From NCBI GenBank assembly GCA_964621385.1, contig CAZUMF010000001.1:1-54466 (forward strand): a stretch of DNA of 54,466 nucleotides. The letters run 5' to 3'. Below are positions 1-9,217 of the stretch, piece after piece. The notes beneath the pieces were generated by a model, which had not been told where the DNA came from, did not search any database, and was given only the letters and a program-made list of their open reading frames with translations. Made by a program: the position numbers and the translations under genes. Positions within the stretch are counted from its first letter, which is position 1. The number at the start of each line of letters is the position of its first letter. Origin of the DNA: an uncultured Desulfohalobiaceae bacterium. Lineage in GTDB: Bacteria; Desulfobacterota; Desulfovibrionia; Desulfovibrionales; Desulfothermaceae.

Positions 1-345
1 CATGTTCCGCATGAGCATGAGACAGGTCGGCAGGCAGTGGTCGGTGGTCGGTAGCAATTAAGATAGTGAGGAGTAAGGAGTGAGGAGTGAGAAGTGAAAA
101 ATTGTCTTGCCTTTTGGGCAGAAAGTAAAGGATACTCACTGTGCTACAATTTCTTTTATACTGATCCAATTTTGGTTTTATCGACAGAGGCACATGATTT
201 CTCGACTTCTGACCTTGTATTCACAAAAAGTCAAGTTGGATCAGTATATCAAGGTCGGGTGGGCTTTCTTGTGCCCAGGAAAGTTTTCATTACGGCAGAT
301 AAAAAGCGCAAATAATGTCAACTTCTGGTATAAAGCGAGGGTACT

Positions 346-897
346 ATGCAAAAATCCCCGGATGAATGCAGAGATATAGTCTGGCAGGGGTATGTCCAAG
401 TCTATACCGGTAATGGAAAAGGCAAGACCACGGCCGCCCTCGGGCAGGCCCTTCGGGCCGCCGGCGCGGGCTTGAAAACCTTTATCGGCCAGTTTGTCAA
501 AGAAAAACACAGCTGTGAACTTAAAAGTTTGACACGATTTTCTGACTTGATCACCATCAGGCAATATGGCCGGGGTTTTTTTATGGATAGGGAGCCGGAC
601 GAAGCTGATTCTCAATTTGCCAGAGACGGTCTTGAAGAAGTTATAAGTATTATTAATTCAAAAAAATTTAATGTTGTTATCCTAGATGAAATAAATATAG
701 CAACTTTTTATCACCTGATTCCTATAGAAAAAATTGTAAAAATGATTGTGAATAAACCAAAAAACCTAGAGCTTATTTTAACTGGGAGATATGCCGATTC
801 ACGAGTAATTGATGCTGCCGATCTCGTCACAGAAATGACGGTAGTTAAACATTATTCTGAGAAAGGAGTTAGGTCCAGGATAGGGATTGAAGAGTAA
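346..897 (+). CDS. cobO: ATP:cob(I)alamin adenosyltransferase, CobA/CobO/BtuR family
   Basis: 183-aa ORF with the YTGNGKGKTTAALG P-loop-like motif. Length is typical of CobA-type adenosyltransferases. Ends in TAA. Confidence 0.85.
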   Translation: MQKSPDECRDIVWQGYVQVYTGNGKGKTTAALGQALRAAGAGLKTFIGQFVKEKHSCELKSLTRFSDLITIRQYGRGFFMDREPDEADSQFARDGLEEVISIINSKKFNVVILDEINIATFYHLIPIEKIVKMIVNKPKNLELILTGRYADSRVIDAADLVTEMTVVKHYSEKGVRSRIGIEE

Positions 898-965
898 TTA
901 CACCTTATATTATTTTTACCTCTGTTATTCTTTGCATTGACATAATTTTATAGCCTAGACACTTT

Positions 966-1592
966 CTACTCCAGCAAGATGATGCTGAAACACTGGTATT
1001 CCTCTGTCACTTCCTTGGCTATCTCGTAAGATTTTCCAATATTCATAACTGTTTGGAAAATATCTATAGCACATGATTCAATAGAAGGCCGTCTGTCTTT
1101 TGGAAATTTACAAGGATTTGGGTAAGAACATATCTTACAGAGTGCACATGTATCCGAAACCAGACTAAAGGCTTTGTAGTACCCCTCCAAAAAAAGAAAG
1201 CGCTCTAAAGCAACCGTCCCTTTCCATGTACTGACTTGGATTCTTCTTTTTTGATTGTTGTTTCGATAAAAGTGAGTATTTTTCATTGTTCCATGAAGCA
1301 GCAAGGCTTTGTTATACTCACTCAGAATTACTTTGGTCTGTTCAGGGCTTGGAGTTTCTGGTGGACAACACCAGCTTGTGCCAAATTTGCTGCAACCGTA
1401 TTTGCATTTAAGCCGTACCCAATGAGCAATACAGATGTCATCTGTGCTCAAGGGAATAATGTCCTGTATATTGTACTTCTGACCGACTGCTATGAGTTTA
1501 TTGATTAATTCAGTTCCACTCTTTTTAACTTCAAATACAGTATCAATATCTTTTTCAGTTAAATCACACAACGTAATCAGCTTTTCATTCAT
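966..1592 (-). CDS. DUF2284-like Cys-rich metal-binding protein (copy 1)
   Basis: 208-aa ORF with Cys clusters (CKYGCSKFGTSWCCPP, CALCKICSYPNPC) typical of the predicted metal-binding proteins found beside corrinoid methyltransferase genes. A paralogue lies at 30894..31454. Ends in TAG, followed by 5 codons and then TAA. Confidence 0.6.
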   Translation of the reverse strand: MNEKLITLCDLTEKDIDTVFEVKKSGTELINKLIAVGQKYNIQDIIPLSTDDICIAHWVRLKCKYGCSKFGTSWCCPPETPSPEQTKVILSEYNKALLLHGTMKNTHFYRNNNQKRRIQVSTWKGTVALERFLFLEGYYKAFSLVSDTCALCKICSYPNPCKFPKDRRPSIESCAIDIFQTVMNIGKSYEIAKEVTEEYQCFSIILLE

Positions 1593-1905
1593 TTTCTACA
1601 AACCTTATGGTGACGTTTTTTTTCAAGGCCAGGTCCAGTTCCACTTCAACCGCCTTGATGATACCACAAGGGACAGGGCAGCTGGTATGGAGTTGACAAT
1701 GCCCTGCCTCCACATAAATAAAATTTTCATGTATCGGACTTTTGAGCACAGAAACCATGTCCAATTCTTTCAGAGTATCACCAAGTCGTTGAATTTTTTC
1801 ACAGTCACTTTCAAATGTGAGAAGAACCTTCCTTTGCTTTCCTTTGTGGACCCGTACTGTTGTCGATAGTCCGCAAATACCAGAAGCAATGTCAACAACA
1901 GTCAT
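1585..1905 (-). CDS. small Cys/His-rich hypothetical protein
   Basis: 106-aa ORF that overlaps the downstream gene by 8 nt (translational coupling). I recognise no family. Confidence 0.4.
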   Translation of the reverse strand: MTVVDIASGICGLSTTVRVHKGKQRKVLLTFESDCEKIQRLGDTLKELDMVSVLKSPIHENFIYVEAGHCQLHTSCPVPCGIIKAVEVELDLALKKNVTIRFVENE

Positions 1906-2049
1906 ACTTGTACCCGCATGCCAACTAAATCATCAATTCATGAAGACTGGGAACATCAATCATTCCCTGTTACCCTGCAAGAACCTATCAAGATTTTTTT
2001 TCCGGGCATCAGAATGTGAATAGCACTCTTCTGTAACCCCATCACTGAG

Positions 2050-2080
2050 GCCAGCGCGGCCAGTGGCCGCGCTGGCTTTT
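2050..2080 (+). terminator. GC-rich hairpin with T-run (terminator-like)
   Basis: Stem GCCAGCGCGGC / GCCGCGCTGGC followed by TTTT on the plus strand. It lies between two minus-strand genes, so the orientation is unexpected and the function uncertain. Confidence 0.3.
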
Positions 2081-2096
2081 GATAAATCCTAAGAAG

Positions 2097-3143
2097 TTAA
2101 CAGGATTCAAGTTGCCCGTACTTCTCCACAGCAGCCATCAGAGCCTGCATGTTCTCCTTTGGGGCTGTCGGAAAGATATCGCATCCGGGCCAAACAGCGT
2201 TGGCTCCGTTCTTGATGGATTGCTCAACTGATCTCTCTACATCTTCAGGAGATCCTGCGACCACGACCCCATAGGGATCAACATTGCCTAAAATCACCGC
2301 ACTCGGACCAAGCTTCTTGCGAGATTCAGCCAGGTCGTTCATTTGATCGACACTGACGGCGTCCGCCCCGCACTCGGCCATGGCTTCCACAACTGTATTC
2401 GTGTCCCCACAGATATGCAGAATTTTGGGAGAATCCAATGCAGCAAACACTTTTTGCAGCTGAGGCTGAATAAGATTCTTAAACATTCGGGGGCTCAAAA
2501 TATCCGGTCCAGCTCCCATTTCCCGAATCGTGATATAATCAGCTCCTGCATCCCGATACATTTTACTGATCTTCACTATAGCTTCACCCAGGGCTTCCAG
2601 AATCGGGTCGACCATGGCTTTTTTCTTGGTAGCCGACTTTGCCAGATCTCCGATGTCCAAGATCTGCCCAGCCAAGGTGTAAGGCCCAAGGGTCCAGGAA
2701 CCGATGGCCAGCTCATTTCCAACGTCCTTTTTCAAACGACTGATCGCTTCACAGACCATGGGGATTCGACCCGCACCGGACAGATCGGACGGCAGTGTAC
2801 CCAGATCCAAATCCGCGACCTTATCCGACACTTTTTGCGTGATGGTGGGAAAGACGACATCATCCCGATGGCTGTAAAAATTCACACCCGCTCCCAAAGC
2901 TTCCGCCTCGACCCCCATATCAAATGGCACCACTGCGCATTCCAAGCCGAATGATCTATAGGTGGTAGCCGCAGCATCAGCCATCTTGGCGGCATCCACA
3001 TGAATGTCAGCGAAACGGTATCCAAACTCCTCCAGCCCATGAACAGTCACGTTTCCGAAACCACTGAAGAGTGGTACCCGGTCGATCTCCTGTTTGTTGA
3101 AAAAACGGAGGATTCTCTCCCTGGAATTGAGTTTATCATTCAT
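2097..3143 (-). CDS. uroporphyrinogen decarboxylase (URO-D) family methyltransferase, MtaA/MtbA-like (MT2-type), copy 1
   Basis: 348-aa ORF with URO-D/MtaA-like sequence throughout (ERILRFFNKQEIDRVP, VPFDMGVEAEALG, HICGDT). Paralogues at 15035..16048 and 34705..35760. Confidence 0.8.
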   Translation of the reverse strand: MNDKLNSRERILRFFNKQEIDRVPLFSGFGNVTVHGLEEFGYRFADIHVDAAKMADAAATTYRSFGLECAVVPFDMGVEAEALGAGVNFYSHRDDVVFPTITQKVSDKVADLDLGTLPSDLSGAGRIPMVCEAISRLKKDVGNELAIGSWTLGPYTLAGQILDIGDLAKSATKKKAMVDPILEALGEAIVKISKMYRDAGADYITIREMGAGPDILSPRMFKNLIQPQLQKVFAALDSPKILHICGDTNTVVEAMAECGADAVSVDQMNDLAESRKKLGPSAVILGNVDPYGVVVAGSPEDVERSVEQSIKNGANAVWPGCDIFPTAPKENMQALMAAVEKYGQLESC

Positions 3144-3186
3144 GTTTTTTCTCCTTTATATGTTAAAACGATCTGATGAAAGCACC

Positions 3187-6100
3187 TCAAACTTTCGGAA
3201 GAAACTTCTCCAAATTTGGAAATTTGTCGTTCATATGGGGGATCCACATGGATCTGGCAAAAATCTTCTCAAACTTGGGATTCACAGTCAGCTCAATATA
3301 CTCGACCTTCCGCGCGAACTCATTGGCCTCATTTCTCTTGTCCGTGTTGAGCAGGGCCATACGAGCCCCGTCACCCGCAGCATTCCCAACGGAGACGACT
3401 TTATCGGGTTCACAGTCCAAAAACATGCCTAGCAGGGCAGCTGAAAGTCTGTCTATGTAGCTGCCGAACCCACCGGCCAAAACTACTTTATCGACTTTTT
3501 CAACACCATAGGTATCCAGCAAAATCTTGCTCCCGGCGTACATAGCTGCCTTGCCCAGCTGAATAGCTCTGATGTCGTCCTGGGAAACCACAACTGCCTC
3601 GCCGTGGGATGTTTCCTCCGATGTGGCGAGAACGAACTCTTTCGTCCCATCGACCTCTCGAAACCTTGGCGTATCTAAATCTTTCTTGAATTTTCCGGAT
3701 TTTTCGATGACTCCGGACAGGTACATTTGGGGTATGGCATCAATGATCCCGGAACCGCAGATACCTTTGGCGCCGGGATTTTCATCCATTTCAGTGCTCC
3801 AGCGATCATCGCCGATGATTTTAAAGCTGACCTCTTTGGTCTCCGGATCGATTTTTACTTTTTCGATCGCCCCAGGTGCTGCCCGCATGCCGTGTTTCAA
3901 CTCCGCACCTTCAAAAGCCGGCCCGGTGGCGCAGGAAGCCGAGATCAGCTTGTCCTTGTTGCCAAAGATCAATTCCCCATTGGTGCCGATATCGATGATA
4001 AGCTGAATTTCATCCTTCTTATACGGCTCCTCGCAGATGAGCACCCCCACATTGTCCGCCCCGACAAAACCGGCCTCTATAGGCAGGGAATGGACATAGG
4101 CCCCCTGAGATATGAGGATGCCGTTGCCCCGGACTTCCAATGTGTCCGCGGCGTCCTTCTCGGCATATATCGAGCAGTGCAGACAGCGCTTTGCTTCCTG
4201 GTTGACCATCTCCTCGTCAAAGCCCAATTCAACTTCGTCGAAAGTCATTCTCTTTGCCGGTTCGAGTATCGGCACCACCTGTCTGTTTGTTTTTTGAACC
4301 CCTTCTTTTGGTATGTCTTCCACTGCTTTGAATTGTGGAGGCCTGGCCTCCTTCATATCCATGCCAGAAAGAAGAAGCCCTATGGAAATGGCTGCTTCCT
4401 TACCGGCCGCTGTGGAGGAGACCACGTCAGTCGGACCGGTCACCACGTCCCCACCAGCGAAGACTCCAGCAACTGAGGTCTCCAAGGTCTCACTGTCCAC
4501 TTTGATCATACCGGAAGGAGTCTTTTCCAATTCAGGAAACAGATCCGCATTCGGCTTCTGCCCAATGGCCACGATCACAGTCTCGGTTTCAATGGTCGGG
4601 GCTGGGCCGTCTCCGTACCGAGGGGCGAATATCCCTTCGGAATCAAACACGGAAACACACTCGGCTGTCTCCACCGCCGAGACCCTGCCATTGCTGCTCA
4701 CAATCTGGGCCACACCCAGGGAATCGTGTACAATGACGCCTTCTTCCTTGGCCTGTTCGATTTCCAGATCCTGGGCCGGCATCCGTATTTCACATGTCAA
4801 ATCTGAGGATTCCAGGCAGATCAGATTGACTTCCTCGGCCCCCAGACGTTTGGACAGTCTGGCCGCATCAATAGCTACACTGCCTCCTCCAATGACCACC
4901 ACCCTGTCGCCCAGCTCGACTGTTTCTCCAGAGTTGGCCTGCTCCAAAAAAGCGACAGCCGGAATGACCCCCTGGGCGTCCTCGCCAGAAACGTTCAGTT
5001 TGAGGCTTGTCCAGCATCCGGACCCGATAAAAACGGCCTTGTATCCGGTATCAAAAAGTTCTTCAACGTTTTTGATTCTTGTGTTGGTCCTAATTTCTAC
5101 CCCAAACTCTTGGATAGAGGAAATTTCATTATCCAGAATATTCCGTGGCAATCGGTACTCGGGAATACCGTAACGCATCATGCCACCCGGTTTCGGAGCC
5201 GCCTCGAAAACAGTCACCGGGTGCCCTCTTCGGATCAAATCATAGGCGCAGGCAAGCCCGGAAGGTCCGGCGCCGATGATTCCAATTTTTTCCTCCTTTG
5301 AGATATCCACAGGTGTTGATTTCACTCTGCCTGACTGAAGTTCGTAATCCGCCAGGAAGCGATGTGCAGCCCGAATCGATATAGGTTCGTCGACTTGTCC
5401 CCTCTCGCAAACCTTTTCACATGCATGGGTGCAGACACGCCCCAAGATCCCTGCAAAAGGGAAGGAAATCCGGACAAGCTCCAAGGCCTCCTTGTACTTA
5501 TGCTGCGCAATCAGGTAGAGAAAGTCATCAATACTCAGTCCGGCCGGACACTCGACCCGGCATGGAGAATAACGACCCTTGTCAGTGGCTTCGGCTTCAG
5601 GTGGGATCTTGTACCCGAAATCACGGGCCTTGACATCGATGGAGTGGTGCATGCTCGGCGGGAAAGGCGACCGGCCGATGTATTTCGGATTCATGTTGAG
5701 ATAAAGATGATTCATGCAGGTATTGCCCACAATCGTCAGGTCTACGATATCCTGGCGTTTGATACCCGCCGCCGAGGCTGCCTCCTCGACCACACCGTTG
5801 AGCCCGTCCACAATGGCCCCGTTCAAGATTTCCAGGCCCTTGGGGTTGGTCATGGTGTAGCTGATCCGGGACATGACATCTTCGCCGTAGACCACCTGAG
5901 GATTCATCATCGAGGCCGTGGAGATAACCTTGCCGTTGGCCAAGTCTGTCAAGTAGCCGGCCACAGTGGATGTTCCCACATCTATGGCCATGCCGTAAGC
6001 CTTCTCATTGCGTCCCGGCTCAACCTTAATGATCTCCCTGTCCTGCCAGACAGTTACAGTGATCTTCCATTCGCCCTCGCGAATGGTGTTTTGCAACTCC

Positions 6101-6627
6101 ATGGCCACCTGATAATCAATGCCCAGATTTTTCAGGCCGTAAACCTTCTCCAAGGCACCCTGCAACCGTTCCAAGTCTCCCTGGTTTTCCTCCAAGGTTG
6201 GCTTTACAAGCTCCACATAATACTTCTTGACCGCGGGTTTTATTTCAATATCCAGTTCCTTGTGCGCCTTTCGGACTATCTGCTTGCCCATCCGGCTCTC
6301 CTCAGGAACAAAGACCACTACATTGCCCTGGACTTTCGCCTGACAGGACAAACGGTAGCCTTCCTCCTCCTGGCGGATATTGAAAAACTTTCTCTCCGAG
6401 GCTCCCATGGGAGAGAGACTGTCTCGTGAGGAATGAATGGCGTACTTTTCGAAATCCCCTTCTTCAACACGGATCTTACACGTCCCGCATATCGCCTGTT
6501 CTCCGCAAACACCTTCAAGATCGACACCAAGAGCAACAGAGGCCTCCTTGAGGGTCTTTCCCTCGCTGATATAACCGCGGGCTCCGGATGGTTGAAAAAT
6601 AACCAGATATTGATTTTTTTCTGCCAT
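3187..6627 (-). CDS. corrinoid reductive activase (2Fe-2S ferredoxin + ASKHA ATPase, COG3894-like) with an inserted GltD-like NAD(P)H:FAD/Fe-S oxidoreductase module
   Basis: 1146-aa ORF. Plant-type ferredoxin Cys motif (CGEQAICGTC...C95). ASKHA phosphate motifs AIDVGTST and IIDIGTNGE. Residues ~346-841 are a GltD/NfnB-like module (GRVCTHACEKVCER, GIIGAGPSGLACAYDL, VVVIGGGSVAIDAA, GVFAGGDVV, RCLHC). Confidence 0.8.
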   Translation of the reverse strand: MAEKNQYLVIFQPSGARGYISEGKTLKEASVALGVDLEGVCGEQAICGTCKIRVEEGDFEKYAIHSSRDSLSPMGASERKFFNIRQEEEGYRLSCQAKVQGNVVVFVPEESRMGKQIVRKAHKELDIEIKPAVKKYYVELVKPTLEENQGDLERLQGALEKVYGLKNLGIDYQVAMELQNTIREGEWKITVTVWQDREIIKVEPGRNEKAYGMAIDVGTSTVAGYLTDLANGKVISTASMMNPQVVYGEDVMSRISYTMTNPKGLEILNGAIVDGLNGVVEEAASAAGIKRQDIVDLTIVGNTCMNHLYLNMNPKYIGRSPFPPSMHHSIDVKARDFGYKIPPEAEATDKGRYSPCRVECPAGLSIDDFLYLIAQHKYKEALELVRISFPFAGILGRVCTHACEKVCERGQVDEPISIRAAHRFLADYELQSGRVKSTPVDISKEEKIGIIGAGPSGLACAYDLIRRGHPVTVFEAAPKPGGMMRYGIPEYRLPRNILDNEISSIQEFGVEIRTNTRIKNVEELFDTGYKAVFIGSGCWTSLKLNVSGEDAQGVIPAVAFLEQANSGETVELGDRVVVIGGGSVAIDAARLSKRLGAEEVNLICLESSDLTCEIRMPAQDLEIEQAKEEGVIVHDSLGVAQIVSSNGRVSAVETAECVSVFDSEGIFAPRYGDGPAPTIETETVIVAIGQKPNADLFPELEKTPSGMIKVDSETLETSVAGVFAGGDVVTGPTDVVSSTAAGKEAAISIGLLLSGMDMKEARPPQFKAVEDIPKEGVQKTNRQVVPILEPAKRMTFDEVELGFDEEMVNQEAKRCLHCSIYAEKDAADTLEVRGNGILISQGAYVHSLPIEAGFVGADNVGVLICEEPYKKDEIQLIIDIGTNGELIFGNKDKLISASCATGPAFEGAELKHGMRAAPGAIEKVKIDPETKEVSFKIIGDDRWSTEMDENPGAKGICGSGIIDAIPQMYLSGVIEKSGKFKKDLDTPRFREVDGTKEFVLATSEETSHGEAVVVSQDDIRAIQLGKAAMYAGSKILLDTYGVEKVDKVVLAGGFGSYIDRLSAALLGMFLDCEPDKVVSVGNAAGDGARMALLNTDKRNEANEFARKVEYIELTVNPKFEKIFARSMWIPHMNDKFPNLEKFLPKV

Positions 6628-6637
6628 AGCTTCTTCC

Positions 6638-7318
6638 TTATCCTTTTGTTTCCTCTTCTTTCAACATCTTGAGCAACTTGATGGCCTCATCCAACGCGGT
6701 CCCGGCACTTTCCGCATACCCGTCGGCACCGTACTTTTCAACAAGTTCCGGCGTGATGGGCGCTCCGCCCAGCATAATGCGGACATTGGGATTTTTCTCC
6801 TTTAATTTGGCGACAATCTCGGGCATAGAGATCATGCTGGTCGTCATCAAGGCGGACAGACCGACTATGTCGGAATTCGTCTTCAGTTGCTCCTCTATGA
6901 ATTTGTCAAGAGGCACATCCTTGCCCAGATCGTGTACTGTCCATCCAGCCACATCAAACATCATTTTGATCAAATTCTTGCCGATGTCGTGGACATCGCC
7001 CTCAACCACACCCAGGATGATCGAACCTTTCACGTCTGAAGCCCGGTCTGTTTCTTTGATCGCCGGCCGCAGGATATCCAACCCGGCATACAGCGCATCC
7101 GCGCAAAGCAGCAACTCCGGAACAAAGTATTCTTTTTTATTGTAGAGATCTCCGACCTCGATCATCCCTTCTGCCAATCCCTCCATAGTGGCTTCAAAGG
7201 GATCGACGCCCTCATCAAGTATTGTCTTGGCCAACTCCGCCACCCTATCCTCATCGTAATCCACTAAAGCGGCGCGGATCTCTTTCAATAATTCCTGTTT
7301 TCTCTCCTCTGTAGCCAT
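6638..7318 (-). CDS. corrinoid (B12-binding) methyltransferase-associated protein
   Basis: 226-aa ORF with an N-terminal helical cap domain and a Rossmann B12-binding domain carrying the DxHxxG signature ([10 protein letters not shown]). Confidence 0.9.
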   Translation of the reverse strand: MATEERKQELLKEIRAALVDYDEDRVAELAKTILDEGVDPFEATMEGLAEGMIEVGDLYNKKEYFVPELLLCADALYAGLDILRPAIKETDRASDVKGSIILGVVEGDVHDIGKNLIKMMFDVAGWTVHDLGKDVPLDKFIEEQLKTNSDIVGLSALMTTSMISMPEIVAKLKEKNPNVRIMLGGAPITPELVEKYGADGYAESAGTALDEAIKLLKMLKEEETKG

Positions 7319-7385
7319 GTTCCATCTCCTTTTCTTCTGTCATTTTGATATCTTGGGTCAATACGGCACTCTGAATAGGGTATGA

Positions 7386-8339
7386 TCAGCCAATAGACTT
7401 GAGCTGATCAACAAAATCTGGAAATAATTTATACAGTGGATGATTTTGATCTTTAGGCAATCTTTTGTGCGTGGAAAAGACCGCGGTGGCCAGGTAAGCC
7501 TCGGCCATGGCCACTGCCGGCATAATCCGGTCAACACCTCCCATGGGGCCGGAAAAAATCATGTCGTGGCTGAAGAAAGAACAGAGTCCTTCTAGGGTTG
7601 CATCTACTGCGGCCCAAGCCTTGAACCCCCATTTTTCTCTGGCTTCTTTCCACATGTATGAACCATTGCTTGGAGCACTGGAAACCGCAAACCCCCATTC
7701 CTCCTTTATCATCTGGTTAGCGAGGCTGCACATGGCACAGGCCGGTGCATTCATAGTGGCAGTATCCACAATAATGGTTTCGAATTGAGCCCCGACCTTT
7801 TCGATGGCCTCTAAGAGTTTCCTGGTACCGGTCACCCGGCCGCTCGGCATCTGATCGTCCTGATCAAAGGCCACGAGTAGAACATGTTTGACCCCTAGAT
7901 TCGCAATCTCACGAATCTCGGTTTCAAGGTCCTTCTCCCAAACGGTGAGACTGTTGTAGAACATGCGGTCCAAAAGGCCTTTTTCTGCACAGTAGGCTGC
8001 TCCTTCAAGCTTGGGCTTCAGGACCCAGGCGTCAATACAAAAGGGCATATTTGAAACCGAGGTGACAAAATCAATATAGGTTTTGAATTCTTTTCCGGAA
8101 TTGGCAACGATATCCGCCATCCCCGGGACTCCGGTTTCCTCTGCAAGTTTGTCCTGTTTCTTCAAAACTTCTTCGGCTCTTTGCTCATTGAACCCCTCTT
8201 TTCGCTTTCCAGAAAAAACCCTGTCACCCTTCTGAAAAATAGAAGAGCAGACAACGGTTGGGTATTCTCCAGGCTGTCCCCCAAACCTCACACTCCCAAT
8301 TTCATAAATGTTCTGTTCCTTATCAAAGTGAAACATCAA
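7386..8339 (-). CDS. MtrH-like methyltransferase (methyl-corrinoid:pterin type)
   Basis: 317-aa ORF. The N-terminus MFHFDKEQNIYEIGSVRFGGQPGEYPTVV resembles the tetrahydromethanopterin S-methyltransferase subunit H family. Confidence 0.75.
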   Translation of the reverse strand: MMFHFDKEQNIYEIGSVRFGGQPGEYPTVVCSSIFQKGDRVFSGKRKEGFNEQRAEEVLKKQDKLAEETGVPGMADIVANSGKEFKTYIDFVTSVSNMPFCIDAWVLKPKLEGAAYCAEKGLLDRMFYNSLTVWEKDLETEIREIANLGVKHVLLVAFDQDDQMPSGRVTGTRKLLEAIEKVGAQFETIIVDTATMNAPACAMCSLANQMIKEEWGFAVSSAPSNGSYMWKEAREKWGFKAWAAVDATLEGLCSFFSHDMIFSGPMGGVDRIMPAVAMAEAYLATAVFSTHKRLPKDQNHPLYKLFPDFVDQLKSIG

Positions 8340-8548
8340 ACGTCCTCCTTTGTAAGATATTGAATCGCATATCCCCCAAGCGCTGATCTCCTCCGAAATC
8401 CCCGTAAAACGTCAAAGGAAACCAACACCAAACATGTTCTCAATGAGTTTGAAAAACTATGACACAAGTCATCTTGTGAAATCTATCGTCAATTGTATGA
8501 ATTGTGCCCGGATAAGAGGTGAGATTCATTTGGGGGGAAGTCGAACAA

Positions 8549-9217
8549 TCAGGGTCGAACCTCTACGAGACCAAGTTCAATAGCAAACTTGATCAACTGG
8601 GAAAGACTGTTCATTTGCATTTTTTCCATGATTTTTGTGCGATGCGTTTTGACTGTACTCGAACTTATGAAAAGCATTTGCGATATTTCCTTTGTCGAGT
8701 ATCCTTCGGCAATGAGCTGGAATACTTCCCGTTCCCGATTGGAGAGCTTGCTGAAAAGGGTCTCCTGCAAGGATTTGTCTTGTCTCTGGGTGAGATAGTC
8801 CCGGACAACTTTCTTCGAAATGGAGGGGCTTAAAAAGATGTCACCCTGAACGACCGCCTTGACAGCCTTAATGATATCCTCCCCCGAAGATTTTTTGAGG
8901 AGATAGCCCGAAACACCTAAGCTGAATAGCTCACTGATGTAATAATCGTGGGAGTGCATGGAAAGAATGATAATCTTTGTCTCAGGGCAAAGCTTTCTTA
9001 TCTGTCGTGTGGCCTCTATCCCGTTCAACAAGGGCATGGTGATGTCCATCAGTACCACATCGGGAGTCAACTCTTCGGTTTTTTTCACGGCATCCCTGCC
9101 GTTCTCCGCCTCCCCGATGACCTTCAGCTCGGGATCATCATCCAGGATCCTGGCAAGGCCTTGGCGGATGACGGTATGGTCATCGCAGAGTAGAATAGTA
9201 TATTTTCCTTCAATCAC
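8549..9217 (-). CDS. NarL/FixJ (LuxR) family response regulator
   Basis: Receiver domain (ILLCDDH...VVLMDITMP) plus a LuxR-type HTH (LSNREREVFQLIAEGYSTKEISQMLFISSSTVKTHR). The likely GTG start at 9217 overlaps the kinase stop (GTGATTGA). The track ORF extends to 9277. Confidence 0.85.
   Translation of the reverse strand: MIEGKYTILLCDDHTVIRQGLARILDDDPELKVIGEAENGRDAVKKTEELTPDVVLMDITMPLLNGIEATRQIRKLCPETKIIILSMHSHDYYISELFSLGVSGYLLKKSSGEDIIKAVKAVVQGDIFLSPSISKKVVRDYLTQRQDKSLQETLFSKLSNREREVFQLIAEGYSTKEISQMLFISSSTVKTHRTKIMEKMQMNSLSQLIKFAIELGLVEVRP

Noticed and set aside
1-60. A possible 3' end of another cobalamin riboswitch (GAGACAGGTCGGCAGGCAGTGG) upstream of cobO.
   Set aside because: Only a vague resemblance to the terminal riboswitch blocks is present, and the element would be cut by the window edge. 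The evidence is insufficient.
66-97. A purine-rich imperfect tandem repeat, GTGAGGAGTAAGGAGTGAGGAGTGAGAAGTGA.
   Set aside because: It is short, low-complexity, SD-like sequence. It is neither a CRISPR array nor a defined repeat family, and no spacer structure is present.
94-379. ORFs 94..315 and 107..379 upstream of cobO.
   Set aside because: They have no recognisable protein similarity, they overlap each other in different frames, they are AT-rich, and they lack an SD. They are probably noncoding leader sequence.
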